Part shown: positions 17,816 to 26,600 of the stretch, in pieces | How positions within the stretch are numbered: position 1 is the first letter of the stretch | Layout: each line of letters begins with the position of its first letter | NCBI RefSeq assembly: GCF_001457615.1 | Contig: NZ_LN831024.1 | Span: 1,290,001-1,322,000, forward strand | Origin: Pseudomonas aeruginosa | GTDB taxonomy: Bacteria > Pseudomonadota > Gammaproteobacteria > Pseudomonadales > Pseudomonadaceae | Direction of reading: 5' to 3' | DNA: 32,000 bases | Made by a program: the position numbers and the translations under genes | The notes under the pieces: generated by a model | Told to the model about the DNA's origin: nothing | Databases searched by the model: none | Seen by the model: only the letters and a program-made list of their open reading frames with translations

Positions 17816-19015
17816 TCAGATGGCGCCTTCCCGGCGCAGGGCGGCGATGCCCTCGCTGTCGTAGCCCAGCTCGGCGAGCAGGGCATCGGTATGCTCGCCC
17901 AGTTCCGGGCCTACCCAATCCGCCGAGCCTGGCGTGGCGGACAGCTTGGGCACGATGCCAGGCATGCGGAATGGCTTGCCGTCCGGCAAGCGTGCCGAGA
18001 GGAACATCTCGCGGGCAAGGAATTGCGGATCGCGGAACATGTCTTCGGCGGAGTAGATTCGGCTGGCCGGGACTTCGGCTCGCGCCAGCACCGCCAGCAC
18101 TTCCTCCAGGGGCTGCGAGGCGACCCAGCGGTCGATAACCCCATAGAGTTCGTCGCGGCGCGCATCGCGCCCGTCGTTGCTGGCCAGTCGCGGGTCGCTG
18201 GCCAGGTCGTCGCGGCCGATGGCCTGCATGAAGCGGCGGAAGATCGCGTCGCCGTTGGCGCCGATCTGTACGTGGCGGCCATCGGCGCTGGTGTGGATGG
18301 AGGAGGGGGTGATGCCCGGCATGATGTTGCCGGTGCGCTCGCGGATGAAACCGAACACGTCGAATTCCGGAACCATGCTTTCCATCATGGCGAAGATCGC
18401 CTCGTAGAGGGCGACGTCGACCATCTGTCCCTCGCCGCCGTTGACCTCGCGGTGTCGCAGCGCCATCAGCGCGCCGATCACGCCCCACAGGGCGGCGATC
18501 GAGTCGCCGATGGAAATCCCGGTGCGAACCGGCGGGCGGTCCTCGAAGCCGGTAATGTAGCGCAGTCCGCCCATCGACTCGCCGACCGCGCCGAAGCCCG
18601 GCTGGTCCTTGTAGGGGCCGGTCTGGCCGAAGCCCGACAGGCGCACCATCACCAGGCGCGGGTTCAGCGCGTGGAGGACATCCCAGCCCAGGCCGAGCTT
18701 TTCCAGTACGCCGGGGCGGAAGTTCTCGATCAGGATGTCGGCATCGCCGAGCAGGCGTTTCAGGATCGCCTGGCCTTCGGCGTGCTTGAGATTGAGGGTC
18801 AGGGATTTCTTGTTGCGTGCCTGAACGAACCACCACAGCGAGGTGCCTTCGTAGAGCTTGCGCCACTTGCGCAGTGGATCGCCGCCGTCGGGCGACTCGA
18901 TCTTGATCACTTCGGCGCCGAACTCGGCGCAGATCCGCGAGGCGAAAGGGCCGGCGATCAGGGTGCCGAGCTCGACCACCTTCAGGCCGGCCAGCGGTTT
19001 GGGCGAATGTTCCAT
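17816..19015 (-). CDS. Family III CoA-transferase (CaiB/BaiF type)
   Basis: ...LAGLKVVELGTLIAGPFASRICAEFGAEVIKIE... is the typical N-terminus of the family, and the length is right. The start is either ATG 19015 (MEHSPKPL...) or ATG 19045. Neither has a strong SD. Confidence 0.9.
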   Translation of the reverse strand: MEHSPKPLAGLKVVELGTLIAGPFASRICAEFGAEVIKIESPDGGDPLRKWRKLYEGTSLWWFVQARNKKSLTLNLKHAEGQAILKRLLGDADILIENFRPGVLEKLGLGWDVLHALNPRLVMVRLSGFGQTGPYKDQPGFGAVGESMGGLRYITGFEDRPPVRTGISIGDSIAALWGVIGALMALRHREVNGGEGQMVDVALYEAIFAMMESMVPEFDVFGFIRERTGNIMPGITPSSIHTSADGRHVQIGANGDAIFRRFMQAIGRDDLASDPRLASNDGRDARRDELYGVIDRWVASQPLEEVLAVLARAEVPASRIYSAEDMFRDPQFLAREMFLSARLPDGKPFRMPGIVPKLSATPGSADWVGPELGEHTDALLAELGYDSEGIAALRREGAI

Positions 19016-19300
19016 GCGGTGTCCGTCAGGCTGCAGTGTGCGCATAGCCTAGAGCATTTGCCGGCGGTGCGGGCGGGTGCCGCGGTAGGGTGAGACGTTT
19101 CCCGTTTTTTCCCGATATGCCCGGCGGTCCTTCAATTCCTTTTGCATAGAGGGTTTAATGCGGGAGTCGATACAGGATGTAGCGCGCCAGACACCGAGCC
19201 AGGGAGGCCCCTCGTGCCATTTCTTTCTCTCTTTCCTCCCCGTGTTTCTTTTCCATGCTCCGGCCGGCCCGGCGTAGATATGCGCGTGCGTTGGTTTTTA

Positions 19301-19335
19301 TTACATGTGATCTGTTGAAATCTTACATGTGATCT
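19301..19335 (+). promoter_or_regulatory. Two perfect 13-bp direct repeats (operator-like) upstream of the cluster
   Basis: TTACATGTGATCT occurs at 19301-19313 and again at 19323-19335, with a 22-bp period. Each copy contains the palindromic core ACATGT. Confidence 0.5.
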
Positions 19336-19343
19336 CGTAGTGT
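19315..19343 (+). promoter_or_regulatory. Possible sigma70 promoter of the pspA-like/flotillin cluster
   Basis: TTGAAA (19315-19320), a 17-bp spacer, then TAGTGT (19338-19343). The predicted TSS would fall at about 19350, at the first ATG. Pattern match only, with a weak -10. Confidence 0.3.
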
Positions 19344-19349
19344 GAGTCC

Positions 19350-19970
19350 ATGCAACGGAAATCATCGGCCCATTATCAGCGTGTCTTTCGCCAGCGCCTG
19401 CGCGAGCAGGGCCTGGTGAAGAAGGAAGTCTGGATCTTGCCGGAGAACGCCGCGGCGCTCGCCGGCATCGAGCGGATGCTGCGTCGCCCGGCTGCCGGAG
19501 CGGCTCATTTGGAGAAGGAGGAAGACATGACGGAAGCCCGGGTATGGAACGCTCGCTCGCTGGCCGAGGCCCTGAGCGGCACCGAGCTGTTCAGCAGCGG
19601 CGAGGCCCAGATCGAGCTGATCGAGGGGGCGGAAGCGAGTCTCTACGTGATCATGCGCGAATACGGCGACCTGCCGGTGTTCGTCGCGCCCCAGGGCGAG
19701 CAGATCATCGTCGAGGCGCTGCTCTGGCCGGAAAGCGACGTTACCGACGCGACCGCCTTCAACGAAGAGGTCCTGCTCAGCCGGCAACTGTTCCCGCTGT
19801 CGAGCATCGGCCTGCTCAACCTGCCGGGCGAGGAGCGCTGCTACAGCATGTTCGGCGCGTTGAGCACGACTTCGTCGCTGGCCAGCGTGCTGCACGAAAT
19901 CGAAACCCTGGCCGGCAACGTGATCCGCGCCACGGAAGTCTACGCCGGCTACCTGAAAGCCCGGGCCTGA
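19350..19970 (+). CDS. DUF2170/YjfI-like protein with an about 59-aa basic N-terminal extension (alternative start 19527)
   Basis: Residues 60-206 (MTEARVWNARSLAEAL...YSMFGALS...LHEIETLAGNVI...) resemble the YjfI/DUF2170 proteins encoded next to yjfJ. A near-perfect SD (AAGGAGG, 6 nt) precedes the internal ATG at 19527. Even so, 19350-19526 stays open in-frame with G/C-rich third positions. Confidence 0.75.
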   Translation: MQRKSSAHYQRVFRQRLREQGLVKKEVWILPENAAALAGIERMLRRPAAGAAHLEKEEDMTEARVWNARSLAEALSGTELFSSGEAQIELIEGAEASLYVIMREYGDLPVFVAPQGEQIIVEALLWPESDVTDATAFNEEVLLSRQLFPLSSIGLLNLPGEERCYSMFGALSTTSSLASVLHEIETLAGNVIRATEVYAGYLKARA

Positions 19971-19984
19971 GGGAGGACACCATC

Positions 19985-20680
19985 ATGACGGTATGGAGCA
20001 AGCTGCTGAGCGCCCTGCGCGGCGGAGCCAACGAGGTTGGCGAGGCGATCGTCGACAGCCAGGCGCTGCGCATCCTCGACCAGGAGATCCGCGACGCCGA
20101 CGTCGAACTGCGCAAGTCGCGGGAAGCGCTGGCCTCGATCATGGCCCGCCACCGCCTGGCCCAGGAGCGCGTCGAGAAGGGCGCGGCCCAGGTCGCCGAG
20201 TACGAGCAATACGCGATCAAGGCACTGGAGGCCGGCAACGAGGAGCTGGCCCGGGAGGTCGCGGAGAAGATCGCGACCCTGGAGAACCAGCTCGAGGGCG
20301 AGCGTGCCCAGGTCGCGGAATTCGCCGCCAGCGTAGCCCAGTTGCGCAAGTCGGTGAGCCAGGCCGAGGGCAACATCCGCCAGCTCAAGCAACAGGTGGA
20401 TACGGTCAAGGCCACCGAGAGCGTGCAGAAGGCGCAGATGGCCGTTGCCCAGCGCTACGGCAACTCGAAGAGCAAGCTGCAGACCGCGGTGGACTCCCTG
20501 GAGCGGATCAAGCAGCGCCAGGCCGAACGCGCGGCGACCATGGATGCCGCGGCCGAACTGGCCAGCGCGGCGGCGCCGGACGATGCGCTGGACGCCAAGC
20601 TGCGCGCGGCTGGGATCAAGGCCTCGGGCAACAGCGTGGATGGCGTGCTGGCGCGCCTGAAGGAAAAGGGCAAGGCCTGA
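19985..20680 (+). CDS. PspA/IM30 family protein, YjfJ type
   Basis: 231 aa, all-helical. RILDQEIRDADVELRKSREAL..., VAEKIATLENQL, VDTVKATESVQKAQMAV and SLERIKQRQAERAATMDAAAEL match my recollection of E. coli YjfJ and the PspA heptad pattern. GGGAGGA lies 7 nt upstream of the ATG. The track ORF 19544-20680 shares this frame but starts too early. Confidence 0.92.
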   Translation: MTVWSKLLSALRGGANEVGEAIVDSQALRILDQEIRDADVELRKSREALASIMARHRLAQERVEKGAAQVAEYEQYAIKALEAGNEELAREVAEKIATLENQLEGERAQVAEFAASVAQLRKSVSQAEGNIRQLKQQVDTVKATESVQKAQMAVAQRYGNSKSKLQTAVDSLERIKQRQAERAATMDAAAELASAAAPDDALDAKLRAAGIKASGNSVDGVLARLKEKGKA

Positions 20681-20689
20681 TAGGCCCGC

Positions 20690-20719
20690 GGCCCGGCGAA
20701 GGCGTCCGGGCCCGTTTTT
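20690..20719 (+). terminator. Terminator/attenuator-like hairpin after the pspA-like gene
   Basis: GGCCCGG-CGAAGGCGT-CCGGGCC followed by CGTTTTTC, inside the 55-bp spacer before the next gene. Confidence 0.45.
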
Positions 20720-20735
20720 CAGGGATAGAGCGACA

Positions 20736-21377
20736 ATGGAAGGTTTCCTGCAGACGGCGCTGTCGTTCCCGACCGTGCTGTTCAGCTTTCTTCTGATCTT
20801 AGCGATCATCTACTGGGGCATCGTCGCCCTGGGCATGGTCGAGATCGATGTGCTCGATCTCGACGCCGAGTCGGTCGTCGATGGCGCCGGCCAGGCCGAA
20901 GGCCTCGCCGCGCTGCTGGCGAAGCTGAAACTCAACGGCGTACCGGTCACCCTGGTGCTGACCCTGCTGTCCTTCTTCGCCTGGTTCCTCTGCTACTTCG
21001 TCCAGCTGTGGCTGCTCAGCGCATTGCCGCTCGGCTGGCTGCGCTACCCGTTGGGCGCCGTGGTGGCGGTGGGCGCGCTGTTCCTGGCGGCGCCGCTGGC
21101 GGCCACGCTGTGCCGGCCGTTGCGGCCGCTGTTCCGCAAGCTGGAAAGCACCAGCAGCAAGTCGGTGCTGGGCCAGGTCGCGGTGGTGCGCAGCGGGCGG
21201 GTCACCCTGCAACATGGCGAGGCGTTGCTGGAAGACGGCGGCGCCGGGCTGATCCTGAAAGTTCGTGCGGAAGAAAACAAAGGCTTCAAGCGCGGCGATC
21301 GCGTCGTGCTGCTGGAGTACCTGGAGGCGGAGCACGCCTATCGGGTCGTTACCGAGGAAGAGTTCCGCGGTATCTGA
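20736..21377 (+). CDS. YqiJ/DUF1449-like inner membrane protein with a C-terminal NfeD-like OB-fold domain
   Basis: It has 3-4 N-terminal TM helices. The C-terminus is soluble and beta-rich: VLGQVAVVRSGRVTLQHGEALLEDGGAGLILKVRAEENKGFKRGDRVVLLEY. It lies immediately upstream of a flotillin gene, the classic NfeD-SPFH pairing. Confidence 0.8.
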   Translation: MEGFLQTALSFPTVLFSFLLILAIIYWGIVALGMVEIDVLDLDAESVVDGAGQAEGLAALLAKLKLNGVPVTLVLTLLSFFAWFLCYFVQLWLLSALPLGWLRYPLGAVVAVGALFLAAPLAATLCRPLRPLFRKLESTSSKSVLGQVAVVRSGRVTLQHGEALLEDGGAGLILKVRAEENKGFKRGDRVVLLEYLEAEHAYRVVTEEEFRGI

Positions 21378-21412
21378 CCCGGGCTCGGTGAGAATCAAGG
21401 AGAACTGCTGCT

Positions 21413-23479
21413 ATGGATATGACGTCGCTGATGCCCCTCCTGCTGGGAGTGGGCCTGGTTGTTCTGCTGGTCGTGGGCCTGCTGGCCCTGTTCAAGGCCT
21501 TCTACATCAAGGTCCCGCAAGGCACCGCGCTGATCGTCAACGACATGTCGTCGACGCCCAAGGTGCATTTCACCGGTGCGCTGGTCTATCCGGTGATCCA
21601 CCTGAAGGAGTTCATGCGCATCTCGCTGATCACCCTGGAGGTCGACCGGCGCGGCAAGGACGGCCTGATCTGCCGCGACAACATGCGCGCGGACATCACC
21701 GTTGCCTTCTACCTGCGGGTCAACGAGACCCAGGACGACGTGCTCAAGGTGGCCAAGGCCATCGGCGTCGACCGTGCTTCCGACCGTTCGGCGGTGAACG
21801 AGCTGTTCAATGCCAAGTTCTCCGAGGCGCTGAAGACCGTCGGCAAGCAGTTCGACTTCGTCCAGCTGTTCGAGAATCGCCAGGACTTCCGTGACCGCAT
21901 CATCGAGGTGATCGGCAACGACCTGAACGGCTACGTCCTGGAAGACGTCGCCATCGACTACCTGGAGCAGACCGCGAAGAACTCGCTGGACCCGAGCAAC
22001 ATCCTTGATGCCGAGGGCATCCGCAAGATCACCGAGCTGACCGCCACCCAGAACGTCATCACCAACGAACTGGAGCGCAACGAAGAGCTGGCGATCAAGA
22101 AGAAGAACGTCGAGACCCGCGAGGCGGCCCTGGCCCTGGAGCGCCAGCAGGCTGACGCCGAGGCCCGGCAGAAGCGCGAGATCGAGACCATCCGTGCCCG
22201 CGAGGAAGCGGAAACCGCGCGGGTCAAGGAAGAGGAGCGGCTGAAGGCCGAGCAGGCGCGGATCCAGGCGCAGCAGGAAATCGACGTGCGCACCGAGAAC
22301 CACCAGCGCGAGGTCGAGGTGGCGCAGCAGAACCGCCAGCGCGCGGTGGTCATCGAGGTGGAGAAGGTCACCCGCGCCAAGGACCTGGAGATCGTCGCCC
22401 GCGAGCGTGAGGTGGAGCTGCAGAAGATCGAGAAGGAAAAGGCGCTGGAAGAGCAGCGCAAGAACATTGCCAATGTGATTCGCGAGCGCGTCGCGGTGGA
22501 AAAGACCGTGGCCCAGGAGGAGGAGCGGATCAAGGAGGTGCGCGAGGTTTCCGAGGCCGAGCGGGTCAAGCAGGTGATACTGCTGCAGGCCCAGGCGGAA
22601 GCCGAGCAGGAGCTGGTACGCCAGGTCAAGCAGGCGGAAGCCGACGAGGCCCGCTCCAAGCACAAGGCGGTGGAAATCAACACCATGGCGCAGGCCGAGC
22701 TGGAGGCGGCGTCGAAGCAGGCCGAGGCGAAGAAGCGTCTGGCCGAGGGCATCGAGGCCGAGCGCGCAGCGCCGGGCCTGGCCGATGCGCGGGTGCTGGA
22801 AGTCACCGCCGCGGCGAAGGAAAAGGATGGCTTGGCAGCGGCGCGGGTACGTGCCGAACAACTGATCGCCGAAGCCAGGGGCGACGAAGAGCGCGGCCTG
22901 GCCGACGCCCGGGTGCTCGAGGCGCAGGCCGCGGCCAAGGAGAAGGACGGCCTGGCCGAAGCCAAGGTGCTGGCCGAGAAGCTCGGCGCCCAGGCGCGCG
23001 GCGAAGAGCAGCTCGGCGCGGCCAAGGCCAAGGCCACCAAGGACCAGGGCAGCGCGGAAGCGGAAGTACTGCTGCAGCGCCTGAATGCCGAGGCCGAGGG
23101 GCTTGGCAAGAAGTTCGGCGCCCTGGATGCCCTCAGCGACAGCGCTCGCCAGCACGAAGAGTTCCGCATGCAGCTGGAGAAGAGCTTCGAGGAGGCCATG
23201 GCGGCCATCGCCGCGAACAAGGACATCGCCAAGGACCAGGCCGAGGTGCTCGCCACCGCGCTGGGCAAGGCGAACATCGAGATCGTCGGCGGCGAGGGCG
23301 ACTTCTTCAACTCCTTCGCCAAGTCGCTGTCGGTGGGCAAGGCCATCGAAGGTGTGGTCGGCAAGAGCCCGGTGGTGCAGGACGTTCTCGCCCGCCTGCT
23401 CAACGGCCGTGGCGCAGCCGCTGCGGTGATGCCGGAACGCAAGAGCGGCCACGAGAACGAGCCGGCGGCGGAAGTCTGA
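21413..23479 (+). CDS. Flotillin-like SPFH/band-7 protein (YqiK-like), 688 aa
   Basis: N-terminal TM anchor (LMPLLLGVGLVVLLVVGLLALF) and an SPFH core (...ALIVNDMSS..VHFTGALVYPVIHLKEFMRISLITLEV...DNMRADITVAFYLRV). A long Glu/Ala/Lys/Arg-rich coiled-coil 'flotillin' region follows. AAGGAG lies upstream. Confidence 0.92.
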   Translation: MDMTSLMPLLLGVGLVVLLVVGLLALFKAFYIKVPQGTALIVNDMSSTPKVHFTGALVYPVIHLKEFMRISLITLEVDRRGKDGLICRDNMRADITVAFYLRVNETQDDVLKVAKAIGVDRASDRSAVNELFNAKFSEALKTVGKQFDFVQLFENRQDFRDRIIEVIGNDLNGYVLEDVAIDYLEQTAKNSLDPSNILDAEGIRKITELTATQNVITNELERNEELAIKKKNVETREAALALERQQADAEARQKREIETIRAREEAETARVKEEERLKAEQARIQAQQEIDVRTENHQREVEVAQQNRQRAVVIEVEKVTRAKDLEIVAREREVELQKIEKEKALEEQRKNIANVIRERVAVEKTVAQEEERIKEVREVSEAERVKQVILLQAQAEAEQELVRQVKQAEADEARSKHKAVEINTMAQAELEAASKQAEAKKRLAEGIEAERAAPGLADARVLEVTAAAKEKDGLAAARVRAEQLIAEARGDEERGLADARVLEAQAAAKEKDGLAEAKVLAEKLGAQARGEEQLGAAKAKATKDQGSAEAEVLLQRLNAEAEGLGKKFGALDALSDSARQHEEFRMQLEKSFEEAMAAIAANKDIAKDQAEVLATALGKANIEIVGGEGDFFNSFAKSLSVGKAIEGVVGKSPVVQDVLARLLNGRGAAAAVMPERKSGHENEPAAEV
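22775..23014 (+). repeat. In-frame 120-bp tandem duplication inside the flotillin coiled coil
   Basis: Copy 1 is 22775-22894 (GLADARVLEVTAAAKEKDGLAAARVRAEQLIAEARGDEER). Copy 2 is 22895-23014 (GLADARVLEAQAAAKEKDGLAEAKVLAEKLGAQARGEEQL). By manual alignment, 29 of 40 residues are identical. Confidence 0.85.
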
Positions 23480-23628
23480 GTCGACCCGCAGCCTCCTCCG
23501 CCAACTGCGGAGGCGTTCCGCCCGCGCCCTGAGCGGCGCAGCCCCTGGCGTGGCCTGTTGGCTGCGCCCGGGGCAGGCCGCTCGGGCCGGTTTCCATCGA
23601 TGACCGCCGTAGACCCAGGAAGACCAGG

Positions 23629-26600
23629 ATGTCGGACACTCAAGCCGCAACTCCCGCGCAGGACGTATTGGACAAGGCCGTTGCCGAGGGCGGCGCCTAC
23701 GAGGTGCTGCACAAGCGCCTGCTGGAGCAGGGCCAGCGCCTGCGGCAGACCGCCGAAAGGCTCAACGCCAGTCGCCTGGAGGAGTTCGGCGACAGCCAGA
23801 TGGATGTGATCGGCCGGGTCCGCATCCGTACCGAGAACAACTGCATCGCCCGCGATATCGTCCAGGTCGGCGATTGCCTGCTGTTCGGCTACAACGTGTT
23901 CATCGGCCTGCGCAAGGAAACCGGCGTGGCCGACGTGTTCTCCCTCTACCGCCTGGTGGAGGGCAGCGAAGGCTACGAGGCGGAGCCTGTGCCACTGGGG
24001 GACAGCTTTCTCGCCGCGCCGGGCTTCGTCAACGACTTCAACGAGCTTTACACCTACTACAAGAACACCCGCCTGCTGCAACTGGCGATCCGCGACGGCA
24101 AGCTGCTGGCCAGCTTCCAGATCGGCGAGCGGATCACCGACATCCGCGTGTTCCGCTGGTCGATCTCCAGCGACGGTAGCGAAGTCCGCTACATCGACAA
24201 CCGCGGCGAGCGCGACATCGCCTTGCCGGCACCGTTCGACTTCGAATGGCAGCGGGCTACCCGCGAGATGGTGGTGGAGGGCCGCTTCCCGCACCTGAAC
24301 ATCCTCGACACCCTGTTCGTCGAGACCATTGGCGGCGACCTGACCATCAAGGTCGAGAACAACACCGAGGTCGGCCTGGGCATCTATCGCGAAGAGGTGA
24401 TGGACAAGACCCAGTCGCTGGACGACGCGCAGGTTGAGTTCGCCCGCCTCGGCAGCCTGCTGCTGCTCAAGGTCCTGCCCTATCGCGAGGAGCAGTGGCG
24501 CTACCTGGTGTTCAACAGCCTGACCGGCAAGGTCGAGCGCATCGACGCCATCGGCCTGGCCTGCATCCAGTTGCCGGAGGACCACGGGATCATCTTCCCC
24601 GGCGGCTACTACCTGCAGAACGGCGAGTACCGCACCTTCGAGCAATCCATGGAAGGCATGCGCTTCAAGCGCTCGGTACGCTCGCCCAACGGCGAGGACG
24701 TGCAGTACGTTTTCTACCATCCCGAGCAGGGGCGGAACGTGCTGCTCACCTACAACCTGATCAACCGCCAGTTGCAGAATCCGCTGTTCGGCCACGGCTA
24801 CGCGCGCCTGGAGGACGGGCGCATGGTGATCTTCGCCGCCGAAGGCGAGGAACCGACCCGCATCCATCCGATGCAGGTCTGGCAGACGCCGTTCTGCACC
24901 GAGGAGTACGCGGCCCGCCAACCGGCGCGTAGCGGTTTTCTCGGGCGGATCGGCAATGCCGAGCTGGTGCGCGGCGTCTCCGACCTCTACGACTTGTGCC
25001 GGGAGATCGAGACCCCGGCGGTTTCGATCCAGCGCTACTCGCTGCTGTGCCAGAACACCCAGCGCCTGTTCGACGTCTACCACTGGCTCGGCAGCGACCA
25101 ACTGGACGGCTTGGCGCCGCTGTTGCGCGAAGTGGCGGCGACCGCCGAGCTGGTGCTCGACGAGTACGAGAAGGTCGAAAGTATCCGCCGCCAGTCGGCC
25201 CAGGCGATGGTCGACGCGGAGGAGCGGCACAAGGCGCTCCTCTCCGGCTTGCTGCCCGACGGCTGGGACCGGGTGCAGCAGTTCGTCGACGGGCTCAACG
25301 GCATCACCGCCCAGCGTGGGTTGCTGCTGACCATCCGCGAGTACCGCTACATCGACGTGGCGCGACTCGACGCCATGGAGGCCGAACTGCTCGCGGCCCA
25401 CGAGCGGGTGGCCGCCGCCACCGCGACCTTCCTCGCCAGCGAACAGGCCCTGCAGCCCTTGCTGGAGCGCCTGCAGAGCCTCGATGGCGAGGCGCAGAAA
25501 GCCGAGACCGTGGCCCAGCTCGGCGAGCCGCTGGCGGCCCTGGAGGCGATGGCCGGCGACCTCGACATGCTGTCCTCGCTGATGGCTTCGCTGCGCATCG
25601 ACGACGCGACCCAGCGGACCCGCATCATCGAGTCGATCTCGGAGATCTACGCCCGCCTGAACCAGGCCAAGGCGCGCGCCGAGCAGCGGCGCAAGGGACT
25701 CGGTTCGAGCGAGACCGTGGCCCAGTTCGGCGCCCAGTTCAAACTGTTCGGCCAGGGCATCACCAACGCCCTGGCCCAGGCCCAGGACCCCGAGCGCTGC
25801 GACGAGCAACTGTCGCGCCTGCTGGTGCAACTGGAGGAACTGGAAAGCCAGTTCGGCGACCATGAGCAGTTCCTCGGCGACATCCTGGCCAAGCGCGAGG
25901 AGCTGCTGGAAACCTTCGAAGCGCACAAGCAGACCCTGCTCGACGAGCGCCAGCGCAAGGCCCAGGGACTGCTCGACGCCGCCCGGCGAATTCTCGACAG
26001 CCTGCAACGACGCACCGCGCGCTTCACCCAGGCGGAGGAACTGAACGCGTTCTTCGCCGCCGACCCGCTGATCCTCAAGTTGCGCGAACTGGCCGAACGT
26101 CTTCGCGAATTGAAGGACAGCGTCAAGGCCGACGACGTCGAGGCGCGCCTGAAGGCCGCGCGCGACCAGGCGGTCCGCGCATTGCGCGACAAGAGCGAGC
26201 TGTTCGAGGAGGGCGGCGACGTCATCCGCCTGGGCCCGCGCCACCGCTTCAGCGTCAACACCCAGGAACTCGACCTGACCCTGATGCCGCGCGGCGACGC
26301 GCTGTACCTGCACCTGACCGGCACCGATTTCCTCGAACCGCTGCAGGACCCGCGGCTCGATGAGTTGCGCGAGTTCTGGCAGGTGAACCTGGAATCCGAA
26401 TCGGAGACGCTGTACCGCGCCGAATATCTCGCCGGCGAAGTGCTCGCCGCCGCCGACGCGGGCCGCGATGGCTTCAGCCTGGAGCGCTTGCAGGCGCTGC
26501 TGGCGCAGCCGGACGAGCTGGCGCGGGCGATCCGCGATTTCGCCGCACCGCGCTACAAGGAGGGCTACGAGAAAGGCATTCACGACCACGATGCGGCGGC

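Noticed and set aside
19100-19350. A sigma54/PspF-type promoter (TGGCAC-N5-TTGCW), as at E. coli pspA
   Set aside because: I found no GG-N10-GC element with acceptable flanks by eye, and no pspF-like activator gene is in the window. The YjfJ-type PspA genes are not known to me to be sigma54-dependent.
19132-19365. 77-aa minus-strand ORF in the AT-rich spacer upstream of the cluster
   Set aside because: It has no SD and no coding-type third-position bias, and its product is basic low-complexity sequence. It overlaps the putative promoter and operator. It is more plausibly non-coding control DNA.
21958-26589. 1543-aa ORF on the minus strand, the longest after the 1746-aa gene
   Set aside because: It is antisense to the flotillin and giant ATPase genes. 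The translation is low-complexity and Arg/Ala/Leu/Gly-rich with no motifs. Long stop-free antisense frames are expected at this GC content. The + strand genes have SDs, recognisable domains and the proper GC3 pattern.
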